DNA of 64,000 bases from NCBI RefSeq assembly GCF_006345805.1, contig NC_043001.1, positions 90,210,001 through 90,274,000 of the forward strand, read 5' to 3'. This document shows positions 52,253 through 64,000 of this stretch, one piece after another (the first letter of the stretch is position 1; every line of letters starts with the position of its first letter). The translations under genes were made by a program, and so were the position numbers. The notes under the pieces were generated by a model that did no database searches, was not told the origin of the DNA, and worked only from the letters and a program-made list of their open reading frames with translations. The stretch comes from Octopus sinensis (taxonomy: Eukaryota).

Positions 52253-54544
52253 GACTTTTAAGATGTAAGAAGGAAAATTCAGAGGGAGAACACCGGGGGA
52301 CTTTTAAGATGTAAGAAGGAAAATTCAGAGCTCCGAAACCTATCCACAAACATCGAAAACAAGGACATCCTATGGAGCCAAAGTTTTACTAACAAAGAAT
52401 TGGACTGTATCCGAGTAAGTAATACAAACTGAAATTTATTACTATTTTCGAAACGAAATGATGTATTTTGACTCGATATCATCTCCACCTCTAACGCAAC
52501 ACATGTAAACATGCGTGAAACATCACGATCATCTCCGACCCCAAACACCATGTACAAAGGAACTACGAAGAAATTAAATGCCACCGATACTATTCAACCC
52601 AAGAATAACAATCGAGCGGTACGTACATTAAACCTACAACAAAAAATGTACGAAAAACTACACGTGCGAAATAATGTGACAACAGAAATAAACGGACCGG
52701 TACCCTACGAAAATGACGACCGTCAAAATAATGGGCCGGACGTTGTACCTCATGTCCCGCAAATAAAACCCAAAAGACGTAAATGGACACGTGAGGAATA
52801 CATTTCTATCTTACACGCATACTTCACAGCAGTACTCTACCCAAAAAATGAAAATACAACAACACATACATATAAAATATGGAAGGAAAATAATAGAGAT
52901 TTAGACTTGGATACAGCAATGAACCTAATAAATTAGCTAACGTACGAAGATACATCTCAACACAAAAAAAATATCAGAAATAGAAATAGAACACCTAAAA
53001 GAAAACATACACCAGGAAAATGTAGATAGAAGCCACACAACAATGCCCAATAATATAAACACTGAAACTGTAAAACACGAAGACAAACGCAACATTCCCA
53101 ACAAACACGATGTAAACAACGAAGGGGAGCCTAATGATTATGATAATATAAAAAATAAAATAATCAAAGAACTAAAACCACAGAGCTCAAAATGGACCAC
53201 CGACCATACCTCCCAAGAATAAAAATAAACGCAATAACAACACCAATTATAAACAACATAAACCTAGCCGTCACTGAACTAGCCACTGAAACAAAAAAAA
53301 GTGATATCACTGAACTAAATGATGAATGATATACGCAGCAGCACTGCAGCCACAAAAGAAGCTGGATACTCACCCAAACCCGCCCGAACAGGAGTACCAC
53401 CACCCAAACAAACCCTGTGGATAAATAACATCCAAAACAAAATTTAAAAAATTAGAAAAGACCTGTCGATTCTTAATGAAATCAGCAAACAAGCAACGCT
53501 ACTGAGCAACAAAAAGAGAACAAAAATGCTCCGCAAATATAACACCACAGAAAAAGATTTGCCGGACATAAAAGAAAAGCTGAAGCAAGATATCCTTGCC
53601 AAAGCTCAAAGGATCCGCCGGTACGAGAAACGCCAACGCTTCTTTGAACAGAACAAAAAGTTCAACTCCGACCCCAAAAAGTTCTACCAAGAACTGGGCA
53701 AAAATAAAATAGAAGTCACTGCAGCACCAACGGCAGAAGAATTGGAAAAATTCTGGGGAGAAATATGGTCGGCGAACGAACCACCAAAAAAAAGGAGAAT
53801 CAAAATAACAAACTCGGCATCTGAACAAACTGAAGAGGTCACCCAGGCACTGCAAAGACTAAGCAACTGGAAGGCACCTGGGCATGACAAGATCCCCAAC
53901 TTCTGGTTGAAATATCTAACAGGAATGCACAAAAAGCTGGCTGAAAACTTTAACAACGTACTAGCAGAGCCAGAGACAATGCCTGAATGGCTCACGAAGG
54001 GGAAAACCATCTTAATTCCCAAATCAAATGAAACAGAAAAACCAGAAAACTACAGACCAATAACCTGCCTCCCTACTATGTTCAAGGCATTTACTGCAGT
54101 GATATCACAAAGGCTGAACAAGCACCTGGACGAAAACAAACTGTTCCAGAAGAGCAGAAAGGATGCCGCAAAGGCTCATATGGCTGTAAAGATCAACTAA
54201 TGATTAATAAAGCCGTTACTGAAGACAGCCACAGAAAGAAGAAAGGCCTCAGTATGGCCTGGATTGACTACAAAAAGGCGTTTGATAGCATCCCCCACAC
54301 ATGGATCCTCGAAACACTAGCCATTAACAAAGTAGCACCAACAATCATAAAATTCATAGAGCACTCTATGAATAAATGGCAAACAGTCCTACACCTCCAA
54401 ACAAAAGAGGGACTCATGAAAACCAAAGACATCCCCATTAGAAGAGGAATATTCCAGGGAGACACGCTCTCTCCACTCCTTTTCTGCTTGGCACTGTCAC
54501 CTCTATCTGATATGCTAAATAGAACTGGATAGAACTCTCTCCCC

Positions 54545-54599
<55 letters not shown>

Positions 54600-56316
54600 T
54601 AATAATAAAATAATAATAATAATAATAATAATAGTTACGGCAAAACGATCAGCCACCTTTTATATATGGATGACCTAAAACTATACGCTGCAAATGACAA
54701 ACAGCTGGAAACACTATTAAGGACAGTTCATGGATTTACTAAAGAAATAGATATGAAATTTGGATTAGAAAAATGCGCCAAAGTAACCATGAAAAGAGGA
54801 AAACTAGTTAAGAGTAACAACATCACACTAGATAAAACCAATGAAATAAAAGAATTAGACCAAAGCCAAACTTACAAATACTTAGGAATCCATGAACTAG
54901 ATAAGACACAACACACACAAATGAATGAGAAAATAAAAAAAGAATATTATAGACGAGTTAGATCAATACTAAACACAGAGCTCAATGCTAAAAACAAGAT
55001 AATAGGTATCAACACTTTAGCTGTCCCAGTTATAAGTTACAGCTACAATATCCTTAACTGGACACGAAATGAACTGTCCAAAATAGATAGGAAAACAAGA
55101 AAAATAATGACAGGATCTAGGATGCATCACCCAAAATCTGACATAGAAAGACTATATATACAACGTATAGAAGGTGGTAGAGGCCTTATACAGCTGGAAA
55201 ACTACTATAAAATAACCACCATAGAACTGCAAAAATATCTACTTCAGAAGGAAGGAAAACTGATCCAGATAGCAGCAAAACAAGAGCAAAACAAAAAACT
55301 GTTCTCAGTATTTAAGGAAGCTGACAAATACAAACAAGAAATCATACCACCTAATAAACATGATGAAGAAGAAGAAGATGAAGAAACAACAAAAGCTATA
55401 AAACAAATGAAATCCAAACTAAAAATAGAACAGCAACGAACCATGATAAAACGATGGCAAGAAAAGCCCCTTCATAGTAAATACCGGACTAAACTAAACG
55501 CAAAAGAAATAGACAAAGAAAAATCCCAGCAATGGTTGAGAAGCTCAGGACTCAAAGCAGAAACAGAGGGATTTTTAATTGCAGCACAAGACCAAAGCCT
55601 CCCCACCAGAAATTACCAAAAACATGTAATGAAAAGAAATATTACAAGTAACTGCAGAATATGTGGAGATGGACAAGAAACAATAAATCATATTATCTCT
55701 AGCTGCCCAGTCCTGGCTAAGAAGGAATATATTCACAGACATGACAGAGTTGGAACCTACATACATTGGAAGCTATGCCAACATTATGGAATAACAACAG
55801 AAAAAAGATGGTATAGGCACACACCAGAAAAGGTCACAGAAAACGTGAAAGCAACCATACTCTGGGATATGCCGATACACACAGATAGAGAAATTAAGGC
55901 CAACAGACCAGATATAGTTGTCAGAGATCATGAAGAAAAAAAAATGCTTTCTAATTGATGTATCACACCGGCAGATGACAACGTGTCTCTAAAAGAAATG
56001 GAGAAACTCTCAAAATACAAAGACCTGGAAATAGAGGTAACTAGAATGTGGAATCTGAAAACAGAAACAATTCCTATCATAGTAGGTGCATTAGGCATGA
56101 TAAAAAAATATTCAGACAAATACATAACAAAAACACCAGGACTTACAAACACATATAACATACAGAAAATTGCACTACTAGGCACTGCACACATCCTACG
56201 CAGAACACTTTCCATACAATAACCATCAGAGCATCACAACAAATCACAGCACATACCCAAGGCACACAGAGCTGCGCTCGGTAGTGAAGTGAAAGCACGC
56301 TATAAAAATAAAACTA

Positions 56317-56374
<58 letters not shown>

Positions 56375-56398
56375 TAATAATAATAATAATAATAATAA
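52253..56398 (+). mobile_element. Near full-length R4/Dong-type non-LTR retrotransposon (RT + CCHC + PD-(D/E)xK endonuclease), frameshifted, ending in an (AAT)n tail
   Basis: ORF pieces from 52511 to 56222: KAPGHDKIPNFW, NYRPITCL, AWIDYKKAFDS, GIFQGDTLSPLLF, YMDDLKLY, YKYLGI, CRICGDGQETINHIISSC, RHDRV, ANRPDIVV, IALLGTAHILRRTLSIQ*; (AAT)n at 56320-56398. Confidence 0.95.
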
Positions 56399-56575
56399 AG
56401 GATCTTGGAATAGAAGTATCAAAAATGTGGCGTCTAAAGAGCATCATCGGATGTTTGAAGAAAATGCCAAATGGCGCCCTTAAATATTAAGGCGAAATGC
56501 CAGAAAAGTATTATAACAACAAAATAATCTTCTCGTGGGTACTACCCATATCCTAAAAAAAAGGCTTTGTTGACC
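56399..56575 (+). pseudogene. Older RLE LINE 3' remnant abutting the AAT tail
   Basis: KDLGIEVSKMWRLK ... GTTHILKK matches KDLEIEVTRMWNLK ... GTAHILRR. Confidence 0.6.
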
Positions 56576-57358
56576 TGAAATTACCCGGTTCTCTTTAAAT
56601 TCTTTTAAACTGAAATATCACAAATTTGACAGAATCTTAGTTCACAAATTGTGGTCTCAATTTTTCAACAACATATCAGTGCCAATCGTACATTAATACA
56701 TCCAGCTTGCTGTTACTTGAGGTCTCTAGATTAGCCTTCGAACTGCTCCTATAAAACAAAGCAAAAACGACGTAAATAATAACCTTTAGCTTCGTGTCCC
56801 TTTGAAAGATTTTTCGCCTCTCTTTAACTCAGCTTCTCAATTCTAATAACTAATGGGAAGTTATGTTTTATTCCCAGATTTTCTTACTTATTTATCACTT
56901 GTATTATTTCCACCAGTAATACAACTGTCGATTTATATATCTGTGATATAATCAACATAACTTTTTTCTTACCAACATCATGTTTGGAACTGCCAGATTT
57001 TATTAATATGTTTGGAACTATCCAATTTACACACTCTAACCTTCTTGTCGTAGTAGTTATCATTACGAAACCCGAGCCGAATAGCGAGTCTCTGCAAGAT
57101 CACTCAACTTGTTAAAAATCACACTCAGCTCAAATCCAACCCTAATGTCTTGAAAGAAAACAAGAAGGTTTAATTAGATCTGTTCAAGCTAATAACTTTG
57201 AACAAATAATATATCTGTCAAGAAAACCATCGTCACTATATTACAGATGTTATCTATAGGACTTGCTTTCGATTACATAAGCAATATTGTAACTGGTATG
57301 TTTTGCTCGAACGAACATTAAATTAATATTTTATACCTAAACAACATTTCTCTCATTA

Positions 57359-58420
57359 TACGAGGTTTGTACCAAAAGCAATGAAATTGGGCGCAATTTT
57401 TTATTAACTAGTATAGATCGTTCAAATTGCATTTGTTCGCATGGTGCCTCTCTCTTTATAGTAACTCTTCATTTTCTTCGAAGAAGACGCTACGTGCCGT
57501 CCTTGTGTTTTTCACGAAGTGCGGAGAGTAGACTATTTAATGTACACAAAATGCTACGAAGCTTACGGAAATGACGCTATTAACAGATGGATAAGGAAGT
57601 TTAAAGAAAAGAAAATTAGGTATTGAAGACAAACCACACAGGGGAAGACACCAACTGCAACAATTGACAGGATTCACCAGCGATTTGCGCGAACAGATAT
57701 GTCAAAATCCATGAATTTGCTGCACAACTGGAGTGTGGTCACAATGCATTACAGAAGACAGAAGAGTTGGGTATCGGAAAGTGTGTGCAAAGATAGTATC
57801 TGAGCAGTTAACACCCGATGTGTAAAAGAGAAAGATGGAAGTCTCCTAAGGTTTACTGGAAACATTTCAAATGAATGAAGACACAGTTTTTCCGATCTGG
57901 TGACGGGGTAAAACGATGTTATGTCTTTATAATCCGGAAATAAAGGCTTAGTTGATGGAATGGTGTCACACCACTTTTTCAAAGCTTAAGCAGTTCAAGC
58001 GCCAACGATTGGCTCAAAACCATGATGATTGTTTGAGATGATGACAAAGGTAAAGTTATCGTCCTTTATTTTCTGTGGAGTAGCTGGAGTGGTAAATAGT
58101 GACACACAAAATGCCTAGAAAAGCCATTAAGAGGAAGAGACAGAACAAGGATCTACAAACTAGGAACATTCTCTATGGCCATGCGTGACCACACACATCT
58201 TTGGCAACATATCATGCAAGTGGCAAAGTTGGCTGTCAAGTGATCTCCTATCCACCATAAAAGCTCAGATCTGACGTTTTCTCATTCCAATTAAGGACTA
58301 TCTTTGGGGTTTAAAATTTGATAACCAGACGAAGTAAGAATGGTTGTGACAACAATTCAGGCCGAATTTTTTTCTAGGAAGATTCAACAGATGACACTCT
58401 TCTTATATCCTCTCATAAAA
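57359..58420 (+). mobile_element. Heavily decayed mariner transposon
   Basis: Starts TACGAGG; WIRKFKE, EDKPHRGR, GYRKVCAK..SEQLTP, HTSLAT motifs; right boundary approximate. Confidence 0.75.
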
Positions 58421-58719
58421 CACTAAAACAGCTACAGTAAAAAACCACAAGAAGACTTGGATGTGAAACGCTTAGCATACAAAACAAAGCTGTGTGGATC
58501 ACTTTCCCGAGGTCTTGAAGAAGACAGTAATATCATTATGAAGTGCAGCCTCCTTTGGACTCGTGATCCCTGTATCATATTTCATTTCGAAAATTATGCA
58601 TTTGCAGTCCAAGAATAGGGTGTTATTACGAAATAACTAATGAACAAACGAGAGAGTGAAACTCTTGGAGCAATAAGGTGTAACCGAAATCGTAGATTAT
58701 GTTGTATTTCTGTGGAAGA

Positions 58720-59546
58720 CAAGACATGTGATCAGCATCCACCCCCAAATGTCAAGGTACTACCACCCTATGCGCCACAACATTGTCGCTAAAACATTAA
58801 AAAGAAAAAAAACACTATCCCGTAATAAATGGAGGCACATGGCCTAGTGGTTACAGTAGCGGACTCGCGGTCGAGGGACGCGGGTTCGAATTTCAGACCG
58901 GGCGATGTGTGTGTTTATGAGCGAAACACCTAAGCTCCACGCGGCTACGGCAGAAGGTAATGGCGAACTTCTGCTGACTCTTTCGCCACAACTTTCTCTC
59001 ACTCTTTCCTCGGCATCTTGCAGCTCACCTGCTACGGACCGGTGTCCCGTCCAGGTGGGGAACCTATACGCCAAGGAAACCGGGGAACCGGCCCTGTGAC
59101 CCAGGCATGGCTTGAGAAGGAACAAACAACAAACAACAATCCCGTAATAAGTATAGAGAATCCCCTTGATATTGAATACAAACTTAAATATCAACATTGG
59201 TGGAACATACCCAACAAAATTTCAGTCGAGTATAAACATAACGGGCCGTATATTGTTTGGGACAAACAAGAAAAATGTATTACCGTCATAGGATTCAACT
59301 GTGAAAATTTCTTCGAAAATCAAAGAGAAAGTGAATAACTACGGGCATCTGATTCGAAACCTCCAGCTTCTATATCCAGGTTATAAATCCACATTTATAT
59401 TAATAATAATAAGTGTATTTAGTAAATGCCTAGGTAACAATCTGGATAAACTAAGGTTTTCAGAAAAAGAGATCAACCAGCTAATTTGCATATTACAAAT
59501 ACGATATGTATGTGAAACAATAAAAATATGCAAGACTGTTATCTAG
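58720..59546 (+). pseudogene. RLE LINE 3' remnant (second family) interrupted by a SINE
   Basis: MRHNIVAK, WWNIP, IVWDKQEKC, YGHLIRNLQLLYPGY...ETIKICKTVI*. Confidence 0.7.
58829..59138 (+). mobile_element. tRNA-derived SINE (family D-like head) with a 12-bp TSD
   Basis: Boxes A and B; (AAC) tail; ATCCCGTAATAA at 58817-58828 and 59139-59150. Confidence 0.92.
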
Positions 59547-59935
59547 TTTTTTGTATCTTCATACCAACGATGAAGCTTTGTATCTTTGTTGGAAATGAGT
59601 TCCAGACAGATTTGACAAAAATTAGCATAGCGATTTTATTTTAATGGTCTGTTGTAATATTGTAATAGGCGGTCTTATAAACTGATTTTCTTACTTTCTA
59701 TCGTGTTCCTGGTGATTGCAAAAATTCAATATGCATCAATTCCTTTGCTGCAGACCCACAATCTGAAGACGTCAAGGACATCCGTGAAATGATCTGATCG
59801 ATTTTTTCACGGATATCATAATGACTCCAAAAGATTTTAGAATAAAAATATGAGTAAAAATTAGAGCCTGCATGTAAATTCTCCAAACTTTAACTTGATA
59901 GTAGATCAGAAAATTGTGTGACTCCACGGATACAG

Positions 59936-60157
59936 TTAACCCATAAGAATTTAAACTGATCATATCCAGCCCAAATATTCCACTTGTTTTACATTCAAAC
60001 TGGCCAGATCCGACCTCTCACACCTACTCCAGAATGTTATTCTAAAAATAAACAATCACGTCTTCGAAATCTCAGACATAAAATAATGCACGATTAATTC
60101 AAAAGTGAAAATATAAGCATTACATTTGACAAAGTAATCTGAATGCTAAAGAGTTAA
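59936..60157. mobile_element. piggyBac-type MITE flanked by TTAA
   Basis: TTAACCCATAAGAATT ... GAATGCTAAAGAGTTAA. Confidence 0.7.
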
Positions 60158-61799
60158 ATAACTGTTAAAAATAAATTCCTTACCCAGTTAGTTAAATCAG
60201 CCATTCTAAAAACATGCAAATACAAATTAGAGAAAACCTGTCTCTCATTCTGATTTTATCCCTTTATCTTACTACATAGCATTATATCACTTCCTCTCGA
60301 GCGCTCTCTCGAGAATAGGCTTCCTTCAACAGGAGTGTTCACTTAAAAAATCATTAGCGGAAAGTCATGACAGATCACAATTTTGATGCAGCATTGAGTA
60401 TAGGACAGATTTCGCCAGAAATATGCGTAAAGACGATCAACTGGTGGTCATGAATATTAAAGGTAATTTCTTTTTTTACAACCAATGAATTATTTGTTTA
60501 AAATCGATCATTCTTAATGTGTCCTCTTGTTCACTTCTGTTTCACTGCATCTGTCTCTGGCCAATTGTATCAGTATCACCATCTCTTTTATTATAGGTTA
60601 ATATATTCTCCACATTCTCAAAGTAGTTCTGCACGCAATTAATGATTTTATTTTTATCTTTATCAGTGAATTTTTGTTTAGTACAATAGAGAGATACTAA
60701 GCACCTGAAGAAGAAATTTAGCAGACAAATAAATATTCAGATACGTTTATGATGAATGTTTTATTACAGCCAATGTCCCTTATAGCATCATCAATGTCTT
60801 AGATAATGGCAAATCAATGAGTCACTTTATCAGCTCGAATTAGCGGCCAATTCATTCTCAAATCACTCCCTGCAGTCTCAAAGAAGACCACGTTCGAGAA
60901 ATGTAGTTTTAGTTACACTAATCCTAAATACAAAACAGTATGTTAAAATTCTTTACTTATATTCTTTTACTTCTTGAAGTCACTGGACTGCGGCCTTACT
61001 TGGACACCACATTCACACTAGTGCTCTTAATGTTTACTTCACTCAAGTGCTTAAAATGTATGGATCTCTATATAAAAAAACGAAGCTAGGTTACGTTTCC
61101 GTCATAAAGAAACGCAACTCAACACACCAGTACAAACAAACACATACGTACACGTAAGCAGACAGACACACACACACAACATCTTTCACTGAAAAGCGAT
61201 ATTATTACTACATCATTTTATTGCCGTTGTTGTTTAGGTACAATCCTATTCTAATTGAACAGGCATGTGATCAGAGGCGTTCCAGTCATGGTAATCCAAA
61301 TTTTACTTATAAAATGGCAGATAGACCCATTCCGGTTAGTCTGCAATTTATGAAAAAAGTCATCAGTCTCGGAGACCTTCTTTATTTAAAATGATAACGT
61401 ATCATTCAATAGAAATTTGACTGCTTCTTCTAGCCGGTCGTTAGACCATATAGATCTGTTGAGCGCACGTCAGGATAGGAAACAGGTGCAAAAAAATTAA
61501 TATTACTGCGTGAGTACATACACAAGTGCACTCATATACATGCATATACCTATACGCATGCGTACATACATGCATACATACGTTCGTACATACATACGTA
61601 CATACATACATACATACATACATACATACATACATACATACATACATACATGCATACATACATACGAGGACAAAGAAATAAGAACTCACCATATGGTAGA
61701 AGCCATAGCCACTCATAATAAAAAGGAGTATTGGTCGAGAGCCCCAGTGAAGACTTCAATAAAATGTAAGCACAGCAGATTTGATATAATGATTTGAGA

Positions 61800-62330
61800 C
61801 AGGGAAGAGAAACTGTGTACAGTTGCGGAAATTAGCTGCTCAGCGGCTAACATAAAGCTGAAGATCAGTGAAAAAGAGAATACCTACTTTGAACTATTGA
61901 GAAATCCGCTGTTACTCTTTCCAAATTACAGGTTCAAGTTTATATCTGGGATATGTAACGCACTGCCTAAATACCTATTTTGAGAAATTAGGCTTCTCAA
62001 AACCAGTAAGTAGAAAGCTAATTCGAAGACTACAGATCCAATCCATCACTGGAACTGTAAAAATCTGTAACACTTTCCAGAAGTTTATCATCTAAATATA
62101 TATGAGCATCTCTAGATATGCAACTATATGAATGAAAATACATACATAAAGCAAAATATACAAATCTGCACATATACATACATACATACATATTTACATA
62201 CAAACAAACAAAAATACCTTGTTGATGTTGAAATTCCAATGAAGGAACTTTGAATCTAGGTTAGAAACCGGCTCTATCTCTATTGGTAAGAAATCTGGAA
62301 AGAAAACTGAACAATAATATAAAAAACGTA
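61800..62330 (+). mobile_element. RLE LINE 3' end with 3' UTR (same family as 58720)
   Basis: EKLGFSKPVSRKLIRRLQIQSITGTVKICNTFQKFII* ending ~62095. Confidence 0.75.
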
Positions 62331-62792
62331 CATACATACTAATTCACAAAACCTGAAAGAGTACAGCTAATCAGAAGATTACAGCTGTAATTTGCCAAAG
62401 GTACTGTCAAAACATGTAAAATATTCATGAAATTCAGCTTGTAATGAGATCCGAAAATGCAATGTCATACAAGTCTACATCTATGTATATATGTGGCAAT
62501 ACATACATGAACATACATAGATATGGGTTTATATACATACGTATATATAAATTCGTACATACACACATTCATACCTGTATGAATATATACAAACATACTG
62601 CATACGTACATACGTATCTACATACAAAGCTATCTCAATTATGTCTACATTCCAGCAGTCAATCAAACTTCTTTATTGGCCCCAAACTAGCACTTTCTCC
62701 ATTGGTGAGGAATTCGAAGAATAAACCTAGAAATGGATGTGTGTGCATATCTGTGTGTGTATACACACACACACACACACACATACACACTT

Positions 62793-62826
<34 letters not shown>

Positions 62827-63065
62827 TTATCGCCAAGCTAACACAGCAGGCCAGAAATACCTCTATTAATACCCAGTACTGCTGCCTTAGTCTCCTTTAG
62901 AGAAATTTAGAAAGAATAATATTTATATATTCATTATACACTCGAAGGTCACACTTGACCGTCACGAAACATCCTAATTTCTTTAAATGTGTTCTTTATT
63001 CAGAGAGAGTACTCAAAACTCAGAAACTAGTCGGGGTTATGGCCAACATCTGTGAAATAAATGGC

Positions 63066-63585
63066 ATTATTATTATTAGTTCGTCCGTCATTGTCGACGA
63101 TGACCACGGGTATGACATGGGAGAACACGTAGCACGCTGAGTCCGGCTGTAACAGAGAAGTCCGATGCGTCCTCTGAATGTTCATACAAGGTGGTAACCT
63201 ACTTACCTGATTTGCACTCTTCTCATCAGTGTGTAAATGCTTGGCAGATAAGCTAGAGAGGAGACCTCTGTGTCTGGGACCTTGTCTCGTCAGGTGATTC
63301 TCAACAGCTTTCTCAGTCAGTTCAAGTGGAAGCGGTCGAGCTTTTTGACGTGACGTTCATAAACCATGCAAGTCTCGCAGGCGTACTGTAGAGTAGGCTG
63401 TACATCTGCTTGGTACGCCTTGGTGGCTAACCTAATGCCCGTCCTCTGCCACACTGATTCACGTAGCCACCCGAATACTGAGCTTCCCTTGGCGAATCAT
63501 ATGTCGACCTCATCTTCAATGTTCACAGATCTGGAGAGTGTGCTAACGAGGTACGGGAACTTGGGAGGTAACATTCGCGTTGTCT
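63066..63585 (-). mobile_element. RTE (BovB-like) LINE 3' fragment with a (TAA)n tail
   Basis: Minus strand: FPYLVSTLSRSVNIEDEVD, LRESVWQRTGIRLATK, LQYACET, KKLDRFH, DKVPDTEV, LPSIYTL. Confidence 0.88.
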
Positions 63586-63739
63586 CACGACGGACACCGT
63601 CGCCGGCGGCGTCGCTCGCGCGCGGTCCTTACCATGCCGACGTCATTAGCCGACTGGTTTGACGTTGGGAGTATCGTGCGCGTTTACGAAATAAATATTA
63701 AGACTGAGTCTTTAATATATCGATATTAAGAAATTATGC

Positions 63740-63880
63740 GTATTCGAAATCTGGCGAGGTCGACTTTTCTTTTCATTTTTTCAGGATCGATATAATATGT
63801 ACCAGTTGAGCACTTGGGTTGATGTAATCGACTAACGTCTTCTCCAAAATTTCAAGTATTTTGCCAATAGTAGAAAGGAT
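63740..63880 (+). mobile_element. SINE family B fragment
   Basis: GGCGAGGTCGACTTTTCTTTTCAT...GATGTAATCGACT. Confidence 0.7.
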
Positions 63881-64000
63881 AATTTTGATTCTCGCTGTTC
63901 TACCTGCGCATGGTAACTTATCATCGGATCAGCAAATAATTTGTTTACTAAATCCATAAAATAATAATCACTACTCTAGTTTCGTTGATCTGGAGTTAGC

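Noticed and set aside
59755-59805. CTGAAGA...GAAA motif
   Set aside because: No consistent stem I or II
60405-60470. Possible small exon (DFARNMRKDDQLVVMNIK, then GTAATT)
   Set aside because: Weak acceptor, unrecognised peptide and no supporting neighbouring exons

Overview
AT-rich, microsatellite-dense animal non-coding DNA (intergenic or large intron). The SINE, MITE and LINE types look like those I recall from octopod cephalopods (Octopus); this is from memory and was not database-checked. No host gene could be recognised with confidence, and almost all supplied ORFs are microsatellite artefacts. The window contains: about 20 tRNA-derived SINE copies; a near full-length, frameshifted R4/Dong-type RLE LINE (52.3-56.4 kb) plus five other RLE remnants; an RTE-BovB fragment; three mariner remnants; a Chapaev3-type transposase relic; two tandem non-autonomous Helitrons; and piggyBac-type MITEs. 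The strongest signal is a set of minimal type I hammerhead ribozyme (HHR) motifs, mostly in TA-microsatellite-associated repeats with tandem plus inverted terminal architecture typical of Penelope-like elements and retrozymes. The best case is a young array of three 354-355 bp units (39259-40375), each carrying a hammerhead with a compensatory U3-A8 core pair on the minus strand, which predicts ~355-nt self-cleaved, potentially circular RNAs. Two more hammerheads with intact core motifs lie at 20.2 and 21.4 kb, and several degenerate ones occur elsewhere. There are also several long hairpins/palindromes and a 48-bp templated inverted insertion. Ribozyme activity and expression are inferences and are untested.
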